IMG/VR virus record: IMGVR_UViG_3300012974_000540
Location: 1 to 64,000 of that record
DNA: 64,000 bases
From: a virus
Lineage: Duplodnaviria > Caudoviricetes
Direction: 5' to 3' (one strand)
Below the pieces are notes generated by a model that made no database searches, had not been told where the DNA came from, and saw only the letters and a list, made by a program, of their open reading frames with translations. Positions 10,601 through 19,833 of this stretch are shown one piece after another. Position 1 is the first letter of the stretch. Every line of letters starts with the position of its first letter. Made by a program: the position numbers and the translations under genes.

Positions 10601-11346
10601 GCATCGCTGGGCGCGGAATCTACGCCACCAGCGGCGTGACGCTGGGCGGGCGCTTCACCCGCGTGCTCAATACCCGCGGGCAGTGCCTCAACCTCAACTC
10701 GACGAATGATGCCCAGTGGTTCGGCTGCGGCTTCGGCGGCGGCTCCGTGCAGACGGCGGTGCTGTCCGGCAACGGCCAGCTCAGCTTCACCGCATGCAAC
10801 TTCTACGCCTCGCCCGAGGACAACATCTATCTGTACGAAGCCGCCGATGCGGGCGGATCGCGGCAGACGATGTTCTACGCCTGCTCGATCGACCGGGCGC
10901 GGCAGCACGGCATGCGGTACGACGTGCAGAACCCCCGCTCCGTGGTGATGCTGATCGCCAGCTACTTCAGCCTCAACGGCCTGCTGACCCCGAACACCTA
11001 CAGCGACATCTACGTGACGGCGGCGGCGGCCAGCGAAAGCCTGATCATCGAGGGTGGCTCGCAGTTCCAGCTCACTCACGCCGACAATCCCGCCATCAAC
11101 GTCAAGCACAACATCGAGTTCGCCACGGGCTCGACCAATCTGGTGCGGACCACCGGCGCGAAGTTCGAGGGCGGGGCGGGGCGGGCGAGCATCAGCAACC
11201 GCAAGGGGCAGCTGTTCACGGAGAACCTTGGCCTGCGGACCTTCGGCGATGGCCGCATGTCCTTGCCGTCGGACTTCCCCACCTCGGCCGCCGGTCTCCC
11301 GGCCGGCTTCCTTTACCGCGATGGCAATATTCTGAGGGTCGCCTGA
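7636..11346 (+). CDS. tail spike/fiber with coiled repeat stalk and C-terminal right-handed beta-helix (depolymerase-like)
   Basis: AKAGEAGDAAATAV repeats; SFTRAS and RSADVL head-fiber-like motifs; CDGVADDTAAMDRAI pectate-lyase-3-like start. Confidence 0.75.
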   Translation: MSPPNPALGTERGSIVTTRSGGLIDVQRADRAPLAQALKPEARLMAVQDEAFQAIALETLREDARRAAVERIAPLADEVGRQAGVVEAKAGEASEAATTAIAKAGEIRDAATTAVAKAGEASDAAATAVAKAEEVRGATTTAVAKAGEAGDAAAMAVAKAGEAGDAAATAATKAGEAGDAAATAVTKAGEAGEAAILAVTKAGEIRDAAATAVAKAGEAGDAAAVAVTKAGEIRDAAATAVTKAGEAGEAAILAVTKAGEIRDAAATAATKAGEAGDAAATAVTKAGEVEAAVAGAADRAAAAASQVLVNKVDRAAPSLTGPLVLAPCPLGQLPNAFDGKGAIVAVPDGPNGHSQVQSDGVCWRWVLDGSVAAFCSGAFSFTRASEGYGVEQGGGLVQAPAGVPLAGPSRRVRISGPATNHLANTLGLGAQSGGLPPGWSYLGAMQGVAVSFSGPFLRNNMVVHQIRCVGTAMGTGIGRLYFNGLQSVPASEGQPWHAGLHIALVSGSNSGFSRRLALRSLDAAGGPVGTQVTSGAISPGADLTAGPNGVAGALSGAGIAFVAPCLELQAFASGNVIDATYEISLPIMGPGLEVGAPALSSALAGGPVSRSADVLTAPLSALVPSTAAGTLAFSFVMPRAAAAGQDQTILQLDDGTDANAIRLRNFAGTTNFALEVVKAGVVTAGTAITLYATGQVVRMVLTWDDASAAMQRAGGSYISVNSPPPVTTLRIGSNAAQTSWLNQSFGPLRVLPARVNAAGAAAALAAFIAADTQTDLALPARHVAPGQIDVPGLPLSRSAAVAKGWLDDQLLIGAELIPFKAGFNGAVTLPLRTALSFVRSARLWDVMCDGVADDTAAMDRAISDLQGKVDSGKAAATLLVPGGVCNTQGFTPILGALNIEGEGQSVTEFRPYVGNTRPVFEVACQLGSTDLSANGFPGPTVRLRKFRIFGASGNTDAGLGVAHGVYAHRAAERPLDVFGVVLEEVYIGRIAGRGIYATSGVTLGGRFTRVLNTRGQCLNLNSTNDAQWFGCGFGGGSVQTAVLSGNGQLSFTACNFYASPEDNIYLYEAADAGGSRQTMFYACSIDRARQHGMRYDVQNPRSVVMLIASYFSLNGLLTPNTYSDIYVTAAAASESLIIEGGSQFQLTHADNPAINVKHNIEFATGSTNLVRTTGAKFEGGAGRASISNRKGQLFTENLGLRTFGDGRMSLPSDFPTSAAGLPAGFLYRDGNILRVA
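7898..8502 (+). repeat. 42-bp (14-aa) tandem repeat, about 14 units
   Basis: Units of the form ccaaggccggggaggccggcgacgccgccgccacggccgtcg seen directly. Confidence 0.9.
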
Positions 11347-11621
11347 TGCTCCATCTCCGCGCCCGCAAGGGCTACGTGCTCATGGAGCGTGCCGCCTCGG
11401 CGGCGGCGCTTGGCTCCATCCTGATCCCCGAGGCGTACCGCCATCGCATGCAGGAGGGTCTGGCCGTCGCGGTCGGCCCTGATGTGCGGGATGTCCAGCC
11501 GGGCCAGCGCGTCCTCGTGGACCGCTGGCTTGGCACCGAGTTCGTCCTGTCCGGCCGGACCTTCTGTGCTGTCGAAGAGCGGCATGTGTTCGGCGTCTTC
11601 GATGAGGTCTCTGGAACATGA
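11346..11621 (+). CDS. GroES-like co-chaperonin
   Basis: MLHLRARKGYVL..GSILIPEA...EGLAVAVGPDVRDVQPGQRVL....GTE matches the Cpn10 pattern; TGATG overlap. Confidence 0.7.
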   Translation: MLHLRARKGYVLMERAASAAALGSILIPEAYRHRMQEGLAVAVGPDVRDVQPGQRVLVDRWLGTEFVLSGRTFCAVEERHVFGVFDEVSGT

Positions 11622-11812
11622 GCCGTCTCTCCCTTTCCCCTGTCGTGGCGCTCGCCGAGCGGGCCGCCGAGCAGGGTGCCGTCACCGCCGTGGTGGTCTT
11701 CATCGACCGTCAGGGCGAGGTTGATTTCTCGCTCACCGAAGGCGTGAGCGAGATCGAGGCCATCGGCCTGCTGGCGGTCGCCCAGCACGAGCTGCTGCGC
11801 AGCCGCGACTAA
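11618..11812 (+). CDS. hypothetical protein
   Basis: ATGA overlap, co-oriented. Confidence 0.55.
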   Translation: MSRLSLSPVVALAERAAEQGAVTAVVVFIDRQGEVDFSLTEGVSEIEAIGLLAVAQHELLRSRD

Positions 11813-11842
11813 CTCCACCCCACCGACAATCTGGAGGCTTCC

Positions 11843-12154
11843 ATGCCGTTGCCAGTCATCCTGGCGCTGTTGCTCCGTCATGCCCTGACGGTGGCCGGCG
11901 GCGCCCTGCTCACCCGTGGCCTCATCGATGCCGACACCGCCGCCTCGCTCGGCAGCGAGGCCGTGGTCGGCGCCCTGGCGACCCTCGCCGCCGTCGGCTG
12001 GTCGGTGGCGCAGAAGCTGCGCGGCCAGGCGCCGCCCGCCGTGCCCGCGATCCCCGCCGCGGTGGATGCGGCGCATGAGGCGGCGGGTCATGCCGGCGCC
12101 GCGGTCAATTCCCTGAAGGCGGCCGTGGACGCGGCCCGGAGGATCGGCCGATGA
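11843..12154 (+). CDS. putative holin (two TM segments)
   Basis: LRHALTVAGGALLTRGLID..VVGALATLAAVGWS; GGAGG RBS; directly upstream of the endolysin. Confidence 0.6.
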   Translation: MPLPVILALLLRHALTVAGGALLTRGLIDADTAASLGSEAVVGALATLAAVGWSVAQKLRGQAPPAVPAIPAAVDAAHEAAGHAGAAVNSLKAAVDAARRIGR

Positions 12155-12939
12155 ACTGGCTGCTCACCGCGCTCCATCTGCTGCGCGAGATCATCCTGCC
12201 CCGCGCCCCGCAGCCCGCCACCGTGCCGGGCATCACCGGCATCCCGGTCTCCACCGTCGGCGGGGTGGTGCTCCAGCCCCGCATCACCGTGGCGGAGATC
12301 CACCGCCTGCTGCGCGCGATGTTTCCGCAGCTCGGCAGCGCGCTCGCCTGGGCCGAGGTCCTGGTGCCGCACATGCTGGCGCGCGGCATCGACACGCCGG
12401 TGCGGGTGGCCGCCTTCCTGGCCCAGGTCGGTCATGAGAGCGGCCGCTTCACGCAGCTGGTGGAGAGCCTCAACTATGCCGCCGACCGCCTGGTGGCCGT
12501 CTTCGGGCGGGACCGGATCTCGGCCGAGCAGGCGGCGGCGCATGGGCGGACGGCCAAGCAGGTCGCCCAGCAGAAGGCCATCGCCAACATCGTCTATGGC
12601 GGGGCCTGGGGGCGGACCAACCTCGGCAACACGGAGCCGGGCGATGGCTTCGCGTTCCGGGGGCGCGGCCTGATCCAGCTCACCGGCCGGGCCAACTATG
12701 CGCGCTGCGCGGCGGCCTTCGGGATGTCGGTCAACGACCTGCCCGCCTACCTCCAGACCATCGAGGGGGCCGCCCGTGCCGCCTGCTGGTTCTGGGAGGA
12801 CAAGGGCTGCAACGCGCTCGCCGACAGCGGCGACTTCCAGGCGCTCACCCGCCGGATCAATGGCGGGCTGAAGGGTCTCACCGAGCGGGAAGATCTCTAT
12901 GCCGCCGCCCGGCTGGCGCAGGATTCCGCCATGGCCTGA
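12151..12939 (+). CDS. glycoside hydrolase family 19 endolysin
   Basis: AAFLAQVGHESG, ESLNY, GDGFAFRGRGLIQLTGRANY and TRRINGG motifs. Confidence 0.92.
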   Translation: MNWLLTALHLLREIILPRAPQPATVPGITGIPVSTVGGVVLQPRITVAEIHRLLRAMFPQLGSALAWAEVLVPHMLARGIDTPVRVAAFLAQVGHESGRFTQLVESLNYAADRLVAVFGRDRISAEQAAAHGRTAKQVAQQKAIANIVYGGAWGRTNLGNTEPGDGFAFRGRGLIQLTGRANYARCAAAFGMSVNDLPAYLQTIEGAARAACWFWEDKGCNALADSGDFQALTRRINGGLKGLTEREDLYAAARLAQDSAMA

Positions 12940-13157
12940 CGGCAACCACCGCCCCCGGGCGGTGTTCTACCGCTGGTTCAATCGTGGTGGCAGATACAGA
13001 GGGGTCGGGTCGGCAATCCTGCCGGTCCGACCCTTTTCTGCGTTCTGGGGCATGTCGTCGTGCCAGGCGTCGCAGCGCCCGCAGAAGCGCTCCCGGATGT
13101 CCATCGGGTGGAAGGAGCGCATCCCGCAGGCCGGGCAGGTGATCGAGGGCGGCTCCG

Positions 13158-13427
13158 TCACCGGGCCGCCCACCGGATGCGCCGCCGGGTGGTGTGGTCG
13201 AGCACCAGGCGCACGCGGTCCTCCTCGAAGATCGGCCGGACGCCGCTGTGCCGCTCGATGGTCTCGCCGCATTCGAGCTGGACCTCCAGGGCGGTGTCGC
13301 CCCAGCGGTGCCGGCCCTGCCCGACCATCTGCCAGTAGCCGTCCGAGGGCACGGCCAGCTCCACGGTGCCGTTCTCGTCCCGCTGCTCGGGCGAGGCGAC
13401 GATGTGGATGCGGTCGGCGGTCGTCAT
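13158..13427 (-). CDS. hypothetical protein
   Basis: Plausible globular ORF; CAGGTG RBS-like. Confidence 0.5.
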   Translation of the reverse strand: MTTADRIHIVASPEQRDENGTVELAVPSDGYWQMVGQGRHRWGDTALEVQLECGETIERHSGVRPIFEEDRVRLVLDHTTRRRIRWAAR

Positions 13428-13617
13428 GGCAGCACCTGTCAGTCAGGCCCGGGCGGAAGGCCCACGGCTCTCATCCGGCTCTCTGGGCCGGCTCCATCCC
13501 CTGGAATCATGCCGGATTCCCCGCGTCAAGGCACGCCTTCGGCGTTCCGGCCCCATCAGCAGGGCGCGGCTTTCCCACGCGGTCTTCCCAAAGCCGATTT
13601 TCGGCGTGCGACGGGTG

Positions 13618-14265
13618 CTAGACGAAAACGGTTCGCGCCTGCGCTTGTCGCGTCGCCTCAACCAGAGGGTCAAATCCCTCCATTTCGCGCGCTATCTGGG
13701 CGAATTTCTCCAGCACGGCCATCGATGCGTAGCGTCCGCCAGCGACCCGAGCGCGCAACTGCTCCCTTTTAAAATAGAGTCGATTCCATACGGCGCGGTT
13801 CTGACCTGTCCTATCGGCCTCGCCGGGATCGATCAGTTCGTATTCGTTCGAGGTCCGCATGTGCTGGTGCAAGAGGTGCGTGCGGCCGGCGACGCGCACC
13901 GGGTAGCGCACGGCGCGGAGGCGGTTCGAGACGCGCAGGAAGCCCCAGGCCACGAGCGTCTGGATGGCGCGCTTCACGCTCGACACCGAGACCTGGGTGG
14001 CCTCGGCGATCTGGTCATAGGAGTGGTAGATGCAGAGCCGCCGGGGGGCCTGCCACAGGAACCACGCGAAGACGGCCCGGCAGGTGGCCGTGAAGGGCCC
14101 CTGCGTGCCGGCGCGGCGGTGCTGGGCGTTCAGCGCCTGCAGCCGGTTCCAGCACGCCACGCGGGCCTCTGTGCTGAGCGCGTGGCGCGTCATGGCGCCA
14201 GTCAGCGCCTGGCGCTGCCGGATCTCTGCCGGGCACGGCTGGCGCGGCTTCTCCGAGAGGGGCAT
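13618..14265 (-). CDS. plasmid-type HTH replication initiator (RepA-like)
   Basis: SYDQIAEATQVSVSSVKRAIQTLVAWGFL winged HTH followed by RTSNEY; downstream of parA and next to a lower-GC region. Confidence 0.65.
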   Translation of the reverse strand: MPLSEKPRQPCPAEIRQRQALTGAMTRHALSTEARVACWNRLQALNAQHRRAGTQGPFTATCRAVFAWFLWQAPRRLCIYHSYDQIAEATQVSVSSVKRAIQTLVAWGFLRVSNRLRAVRYPVRVAGRTHLLHQHMRTSNEYELIDPGEADRTGQNRAVWNRLYFKREQLRARVAGGRYASMAVLEKFAQIAREMEGFDPLVEATRQAQARTVFV

Positions 14266-14329
14266 TCAAGGGCCTCCAGGCCCCCAACCCACGGGTCATG
14301 CGTGATCTGCTGCGACTGGACTCGCAGGG

Positions 14330-14780
14330 CTTTGATTTGCCGACCACATCACAAACGCACAACTCTCTCTCTCTTCTCCGCCTCCTATTTTGCGTCCCCT
14401 GTCGGATCATGCTAGCCGACTGGGGCGAACGCGAAAATTGAGACGGTTTAGTATCGGTTCGCTACTGATAGTGTCGATTGTGTTTAGTTTGAGACTTCAA
14501 TTCGTAGTTGCGTAGCTTTGATTCGGTAAAGAAAGTGCGAGGTGCGTGGGATTGGGTGAGATCGATCGCACGCACTGGATAAAGCGTTGGCTGACTGGAG
14601 GCTTTGAGACGGCCTCGAGTGAGTCGGGTACGAGTACAAGACAGAGTCGAGAGTTAGAGTTAGAGAGTTGTGCGTTTGTTTTTGTGGTCGGGTCGTCTTT
14701 GAGCCCTGCGAGTTCAGTCGCTGTAGCTGACGACACGATGCCTTGAGTTGAGTTCCTTTCCAGATCGTTACGGGAGGGCG
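14330..14780. other. lower-GC region with GAGTY repeats; candidate replication origin or centromere
   Basis: Sharp GC drop; gagtcgagagttagagttagagagttg; lies between the par operon and rep. Confidence 0.4.
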
Positions 14781-14870
14781 TCCGGACCATCCGGGCGCCC
14801 TTTTCGCGTGTGCCGCCACGCGGAAGCTCCAGTTGTGCGGGAGAAATCCGAACATGGCGACAGCGCAATT

Positions 14871-15542
14871 TCATGCCCCGCTGCTCCGAGCAATGTTTTT
14901 CAGCTCAGCAAGGCGTTTTCTGATGCGTAACAGCTCCGCCAGAGCCCGCTTCCGGGCCTCCAGAAGCTGCTCTTCCTCGCGAATCGGCGGCTTCGGCGCC
15001 GCCAGCTCCCGCCGGAATTCGAGAATCCGCGCGCGAGTCGTCGAGGGCGACACCAGGCCGCGCTGCCGCGCCGCCCGCAGCGCCTCGTCCGGCAGCAGCG
15101 CCAGCTGGTAGGCCACGGAATAGGCGGCCGGGCACTGCTCCGCCGGGATGCGGCCCGAATCGACCGCCTCCGCGATGCGGCGGAACTGCGAGGCCAAGCT
15201 GTCGCTCAGCGGGAACAGCCGCCCGAAGCCCGCGGTGAGGCGGTCCCGCTCGGCCTTGGTGTGCAGGTGCCGGCCCAGGTCGTTCAGCGCCCGGCCGATC
15301 TCTAGGAAGGCGGTGCGGGCCGAGGCCCAGGCCGCGTTGACCTGGGCGCGCGCCGTCAGCAGCGCCCGCACCCGCTCCGGGTCATCCGCGAAGCCGGTGC
15401 CCGCGAAGACCTCCCGCACGACGCTGAGCTGGTCCTCCGTGACGGCGGTGAGGTGGCGCAGCTCGACCGCCCGCGCGTCGCGGGTCGGCAGGGCGTCGGT
15501 CTGCAGCGCGCGGGTGCGCCGGAGGGTGAAGCCCCCGCTCAC
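14871..15542 (-). CDS. ParA partner (putative centromere-binding protein)
   Basis: GTG start overlaps the parA stop (GTGA); helical protein with a C-terminal coiled coil. Confidence 0.55.
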   Translation of the reverse strand: MSGGFTLRRTRALQTDALPTRDARAVELRHLTAVTEDQLSVVREVFAGTGFADDPERVRALLTARAQVNAAWASARTAFLEIGRALNDLGRHLHTKAERDRLTAGFGRLFPLSDSLASQFRRIAEAVDSGRIPAEQCPAAYSVAYQLALLPDEALRAARQRGLVSPSTTRARILEFRRELAAPKPPIREEEQLLEARKRALAELLRIRKRLAELKNIARSSGA

Positions 15543-16192
15543 CGGCCCATCTCCCAGGCGACGTAGCGCCACAGGCCCTCGAAGGTCTCCGCGCAGGCCG
15601 CCCGGCTGAGATCCATCACGCCGAGGCCCTTGGCCGCCGTCAGATGGATCTCCTCCAGCAGCGGCACCTCGACCGGGCAGACCGGGCCATGCGCCAGCAG
15701 CTTCGTGCGCGCCGCGCCAAAGGAGCGCGAGCGGCGGGAGGCCCGGTTCAGCACAAAGGCGGCTGGCACCCCGGCCTCGCGCAGCCCGGCCATCCACGGC
15801 GCCACGCTGTCGATGTCGTCCTGGGTCTGCCCGCAGGGGACCAGCACCAGCGTCGAGGCGGCCGAGATCCCGAGGATCGCCGCCGGGTTCAGCTCCACGC
15901 TCGGCGGCGTGTCGATCACCACCAGGTCGGCCTCGGCCTGCGCGGCGGCGGCGATGCTGCTCCGCCAGTCGCTCAGCTCCGCCTGCCGCACCGGCAGCGG
16001 CAGGCAGTCCGGCGCCTGTCGCGCCAGCTCGGCCCGGCGCGCGGCCCAGGTGGTGAGCGTGCCCTGCCGGTCGAAATCCATGCCGAGCACCTGCTGCCGC
16101 GCATGCGCGGCGCAGACCATGAGGTTCCGGCACAGGGACGATTTCCCTACTCCGCCCTTCGGGCTGGAGAGGGTGAGAATACGGGGTGGCAT
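15539..16192 (-). CDS. parA: ParA family partition ATPase
   Basis: Deviant Walker A KGGVGKS; DFDRQG; VVIDTPP. Confidence 0.92.
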   Translation of the reverse strand: MPPRILTLSSPKGGVGKSSLCRNLMVCAAHARQQVLGMDFDRQGTLTTWAARRAELARQAPDCLPLPVRQAELSDWRSSIAAAAQAEADLVVIDTPPSVELNPAAILGISAASTLVLVPCGQTQDDIDSVAPWMAGLREAGVPAAFVLNRASRRSRSFGAARTKLLAHGPVCPVEVPLLEEIHLTAAKGLGVMDLSRAACAETFEGLWRYVAWEMGR

Positions 16193-16447
16193 GAGTGCGT
16201 GCCTCCATGTGTGAGCGCACCCACATCATGCCCAAGCTCGCGCGCGGTGTCATCGGCCTGTTGGCCCCCGCTCGCGCAGCAGGCGCGCATTCGCCTTGCG
16301 CACGCGCCGCGCATGGTTGTCCAGCGCGCGCTGCCAGCGCGTCATGGCGTCTCGCTCCAGGCGCTCTCCGCTGGGACCGCGCGGCCGCATGCGGCGGCCG
16401 TCACGCGCAGGCGTGTCGGGCATGGCATTCTCTCCGGAGTTCCCCGG

Positions 16448-16981
16448 TTACGAATTGCCCTGCTCCGCCAAGGTTGCGCTGCCCGGCAGGGGCATCAGGT
16501 CGAGCGTGATGCCGGCCTCGTCGAACACGGCCGCCGCCTCGCGCGTGGATTCGCCCCAGCGCGCGGCGAACTCCCCGCTCGGCTCCGGCGCCACCACGCG
16601 GCGGATCGTCCGGGTGCCGGCGATGGTGAGCGCGCAGTTCAGGCAGGGATGGCGCGTCGCGTAGAGCGTGGTCCCGGCGAAGTCCGCGTTCAGGATCGCA
16701 TTCGTCTCTGCGTGTAGAGTGTGTTTGTTTTTCCACTCTCGGTTGTTTAGGCGCTCGGGAAGATCCGCCAGCCCTGGCGGCAGGCCGTTGTATCCGAGCG
16801 CCACCTGGTTCGGATGCTCGCCCACCAGCACGGCCCCGACCTTCGTCGTCGGGTCCTTCGCGAAAATCTCCGCCACCGCGTCGGCCAGCCGCAGGAAGCG
16901 GCGGTCGCGCAGGCGCTGAATCACGCCGGGCGAGCGGCGCAGGTGCCGCGTGGCCGGCAGCGTGGCGGTCGGGGTGATCAT
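16448..16981 (-). CDS. dCMP deaminase
   Basis: KDPTTKVGAV, GYNG, HAETNAI and PCLNCA motifs. Confidence 0.9.
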   Translation of the reverse strand: MITPTATLPATRHLRRSPGVIQRLRDRRFLRLADAVAEIFAKDPTTKVGAVLVGEHPNQVALGYNGLPPGLADLPERLNNREWKNKHTLHAETNAILNADFAGTTLYATRHPCLNCALTIAGTRTIRRVVAPEPSGEFAARWGESTREAAAVFDEAGITLDLMPLPGSATLAEQGNS

Positions 16982-17051
16982 CGGAGCCTGGGCCTGCGGG
17001 TTCGAGAGGAAGGGGTAGCCACGGCAGCGGGGCGCCGGCAAGGATGGCGCT

Positions 17052-17954
17052 TTAGGGTGTCCCACCGATCTGGGCCAGCAATTCCCGCCATTCGCGGGCC
17101 GAAAGGCCGCTGTCCGCCTGCGTCACCGCCTCCCCCGCCAGCATGCGGCGCACCACGGCGAGCATCTGCGCGGACAGGGTCACGGCGCCCAGGCGGTAGT
17201 CGCGGAAGGCCTCCGCCACCGCCGGCACCCAGTCCTCCAGCACGCCGAGCATCGCCTCCGCATAGACGCGGATCTCGTATTGCGCGTGGGCATCGGCCCG
17301 CAGGCTGAGGAAGTGCAGGAGGTTGCCGAGGTCCACCTTCCAGTACCACTGGGTGTAGGTGTTCAGCGTCAGGTTCATGCGGGCCAGCTCGCGCGCCAGG
17401 CCGGCGCCCTCCTCGTCCAGCATCCACTCGTAGCCGTCGAAGCAGCGGGTGGCGTCGTCGCGCAGCACGTCCAGCACCCGGCGCGCCAGGTCGCCCTCCA
17501 GCACGCCGCCGCGGCCCTGCCGGTTCGTGCCGCTCTGCGCCGCCAGCTGCTCCGGCGCGGGCAGGTAGAACTCCCGGTCCATGACGCTGTAGCGGGCGCT
17601 GTATTCGTTCACGTTGGCCGTGCGGTGGCGGATCCACTGCCGCGCCACGAAGATCGGCAGCTTCACATGGAACTTGATCTCGCACATCTCGAAGGGGGTC
17701 GAGTGGCGGTGCCGCATCAGGTAGCGGATCAGGCCCCGGTCCTCGGACACGGCGCGGGTGCCGCGCCCATAGGAGACGCGCGCGGCCTGCACCACCGCCG
17801 CGTCGTCGCCCATGTAATCGACCACCCGGATGAACCCATGGTCGAGCAGCGGGATCACCTCGAAGAGCCGCTGCTCCAGCGCGGGCACGGTCGGCCGCCG
17901 CGTGTTGGAGAGGCTGGCGCGCGCCTCGGCGATCTGGCTGGCGATGGTCTGCAT
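17052..17954 (-). CDS. thyX: FAD-dependent thymidylate synthase
   Basis: RHRHSTPFE and [19 protein letters not shown] (ThyX motif). Confidence 0.96.
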   Translation of the reverse strand: MQTIASQIAEARASLSNTRRPTVPALEQRLFEVIPLLDHGFIRVVDYMGDDAAVVQAARVSYGRGTRAVSEDRGLIRYLMRHRHSTPFEMCEIKFHVKLPIFVARQWIRHRTANVNEYSARYSVMDREFYLPAPEQLAAQSGTNRQGRGGVLEGDLARRVLDVLRDDATRCFDGYEWMLDEEGAGLARELARMNLTLNTYTQWYWKVDLGNLLHFLSLRADAHAQYEIRVYAEAMLGVLEDWVPAVAEAFRDYRLGAVTLSAQMLAVVRRMLAGEAVTQADSGLSAREWRELLAQIGGTP

Positions 17955-18205
17955 CAGGGGCGCGGCTCCGGTGGCGGCGTGGGAAGGTCGGCGGCGTGGC
18001 GCGAGAGGCTGGCGACCATGGCGTCCAGGTCGCGCAGGTCGGCGGGCGCGGCCGAGCGCGCCAGCAGGGTGGCCTGGTCGAGCATCGCCTCGATCTGTGC
18101 CCAGAGCTGCTCGCCGAGTTCCAGCGCGCGCTGCTTCAGGGCCTCGGCCCGCTCGGCCTGCTCGGCCTCGGGCGTCGGGTAATTCTCGTCCGGCTCGCGG
18201 GTCAT
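17954..18205 (-). CDS. hypothetical protein
   Basis: Coupled overlaps on both sides. Confidence 0.55.
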   Translation of the reverse strand: MTREPDENYPTPEAEQAERAEALKQRALELGEQLWAQIEAMLDQATLLARSAAPADLRDLDAMVASLSRHAADLPTPPPEPRP

Positions 18206-18525
18206 GCGGCCTTCGGGATCACGCGCCGGGCGGTGGCGGCGTGCTCGGGGCAGTAGGCGGCGCCGGGGCGGTCGGTGGCCGCGTCGCAGTATTGGTGCGT
18301 CGGCCGCCCCTGGTCGCCCCAGAGCGGCCAGCGGCAGCAGCGGCCCTCCCGGCGCGGCTGGCCCTCGGCCGCCGGCGCGGGGCGCATCCAGTTCTGCCGG
18401 CGGGCCAGGGAGATCACCGAGTTCCGCGAGCGCCCGAGCGCCCGCTCCGCCTCGGCGGCATAGTTCTCGGAGCTGAGATAGATCTCCTTCGCCCGCAGCT
18501 CCTCGGCATAGGTCCAGCGGGTCAT
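18202..18525 (-). CDS. gcrA: GcrA-like cell-cycle regulator
   Basis: WT.......L....G.SRNSVI N-terminus and CRWPLW...YC......YCPEH C-terminus. Confidence 0.75.
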   Translation of the reverse strand: MTRWTYAEELRAKEIYLSSENYAAEAERALGRSRNSVISLARRQNWMRPAPAAEGQPRREGRCCRWPLWGDQGRPTHQYCDAATDRPGAAYCPEHAATARRVIPKAA

Positions 18526-18788
18526 GCGTCGGTCCCCCAGTGCTTGCAGGTGGCGGTGACGGTGCGGCCTTCCATCCGGCGATGGTGGCAATGGACCCGG
18601 ATGCGCTGGTCGCGCCCCTCCTCGGTGCCGGGCACCACGATGGTCAGGCGGACGGGCTCGCCACCGTCATCGCCGGTCTCCAGCACCAGGCGCCCGATCG
18701 TGCCGGGCCGCAGCGGCGGCACGCTCACCTCCTGCCCGGCGCCGGCTGGCAGGTGGAGCGGGACGGGGGTGCCGATCTCGATGTTCAT
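18522..18788 (-). CDS. hypothetical protein
   Basis: Overlapping operon gene. Confidence 0.5.
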   Translation of the reverse strand: MNIEIGTPVPLHLPAGAGQEVSVPPLRPGTIGRLVLETGDDGGEPVRLTIVVPGTEEGRDQRIRVHCHHRRMEGRTVTATCKHWGTDA

Positions 18789-18950
18789 CGCGCGTCCCGC
18801 TGGTCGAGCAGGGGCATCTCCAGCACCGTGCGGACCATCTGCCGCGCCGCCAGGATGTGCTCCATCAGGTCGGCCTGCGACATCTCGCTCGTGGCGCCGG
18901 ACAGGGCGCGCTCGATCATGCTCAGGGCCGTGGTCAATTGACGCTCGCGC

Positions 18951-19244
18951 TCATTCATCCCTGCATTCCTCCTTCGGCATCCACTCCATCCACAGGACGC
19001 GGGCCTGCCCGTCTCCGGTCGCCAGGGCCTCGACCACTGGCATGCTGTGATCGCCCTGCTCGTAGCGCCGCTCCGCGTCGAAGCGGCGCTCGCAGGCGCG
19101 GGCGAAATCCACCACCGCCTCCATGCGGCCGTATTCGGCGCGGGCCGCCTGCGGGGTCATCCGCCCCTCGCGCACCGCCTGGGCGTAGGCCGCCTTGCGG
19201 AGCGCCAGCTCGCGCTCCAGCGTCGCGACGAAGGGGTGGGCCAT
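18951..19244 (-). CDS. hypothetical phage protein
   Basis: LERELALRKAAY...V.EGRMT..AA motif common in phage proteins. Confidence 0.6.
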   Translation of the reverse strand: MAHPFVATLERELALRKAAYAQAVREGRMTPQAARAEYGRMEAVVDFARACERRFDAERRYEQGDHSMPVVEALATGDGQARVLWMEWMPKEECRDE

Positions 19245-19248
19245 CGTC

Positions 19249-19620
19249 TCAGATGATGCCGGCGCGGGCGGTGGCCTTCTCGGTGCGCCAGATATCGACG
19301 TGCATCGCGTAGGTCTCCCGCCGCGCCTTGGCGGTCTCGAAGGCTATCGCCGCGTCGCGCAGCTCGTCGATGGCGCTGCGGTAGCGGGAGGAGGCCAGGG
19401 CCTCGTTCTCGCGCGCGGCGAAGGAGCTGGCCTCCGAGACGGCCGTATGCACCGCCTTGATGTGCTTCACCATCTCCTTCGCGTATTCGTAGCGGCCACG
19501 GGCGGCGCCGATGTCGGTGTCCAGCGCCGCCATGCCGTGGGCGGCCTGTTCGATCATCTCGCGGGCGATGATGGGCGGCCCCTGGTTGTGACCGGGCCGA
19601 GCGCGGGAATCTGCGTCCAT
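19249..19620 (-). CDS. hypothetical coiled-coil protein
   Basis: GHNQGP N-terminus and DIWRTEKA C-terminus; start just downstream of the operator triplet. Confidence 0.6.
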   Translation of the reverse strand: MDADSRARPGHNQGPPIIAREMIEQAAHGMAALDTDIGAARGRYEYAKEMVKHIKAVHTAVSEASSFAARENEALASSRYRSAIDELRDAAIAFETAKARRETYAMHVDIWRTEKATARAGII

Positions 19621-19634
19621 GGGGCGGGACCATA

Positions 19635-19710
19635 TCACATCGCGATGTGAAGGAAGCCCGAATTTCACATTGCGATGTGAAGAAGGGAGAAATTTCACAT
19701 CGCAATGTGA
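19635..19710. promoter_or_regulatory. three tandem operators TCACATYGCRATGTGA at 30-bp period
   Basis: Copies at 19635, 19665 and 19695. Confidence 0.8.
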
Positions 19711-19833
19711 AGGCGCGGAAGGGGGCCGGAACCCCCTCCCGTCAGAGGAACAGGTGGGCGGCCGCGAAGGCCAGGCAGGTCAGCAGCGCCAGGGCGCCTG
19801 TGAGTCTCTGGACCATGAAGCCCCCCTGCCCTG

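Noticed and set aside
5890-11109. Long antisense ORFs (5890-9138, 9493-11109; likewise 37250-39433, 54239-56473 and 23579-25357)
   Set aside because: Shadow ORFs of GC-rich genes on the opposite strand, with no recognisable motifs.
13445-13495. Additional hammerhead upstream of 13158-13427
   Set aside because: A hairpin plus AUGAGAG is present, but A9, GAAA and stem III/UH are missing.
14497-14874. Third gene of the par operon
   Set aside because: It has an ATGA overlap but atypical composition and a low-complexity Ser/Asn/Thr-rich product, so I left it as a candidate origin region. Coding is not excluded.
19635-19710. CRP/FNR binding sites
   Set aside because: The half-sites are in the opposite orientation (TCACA-N6-TGTGA rather than TGTGA-N6-TCACA).
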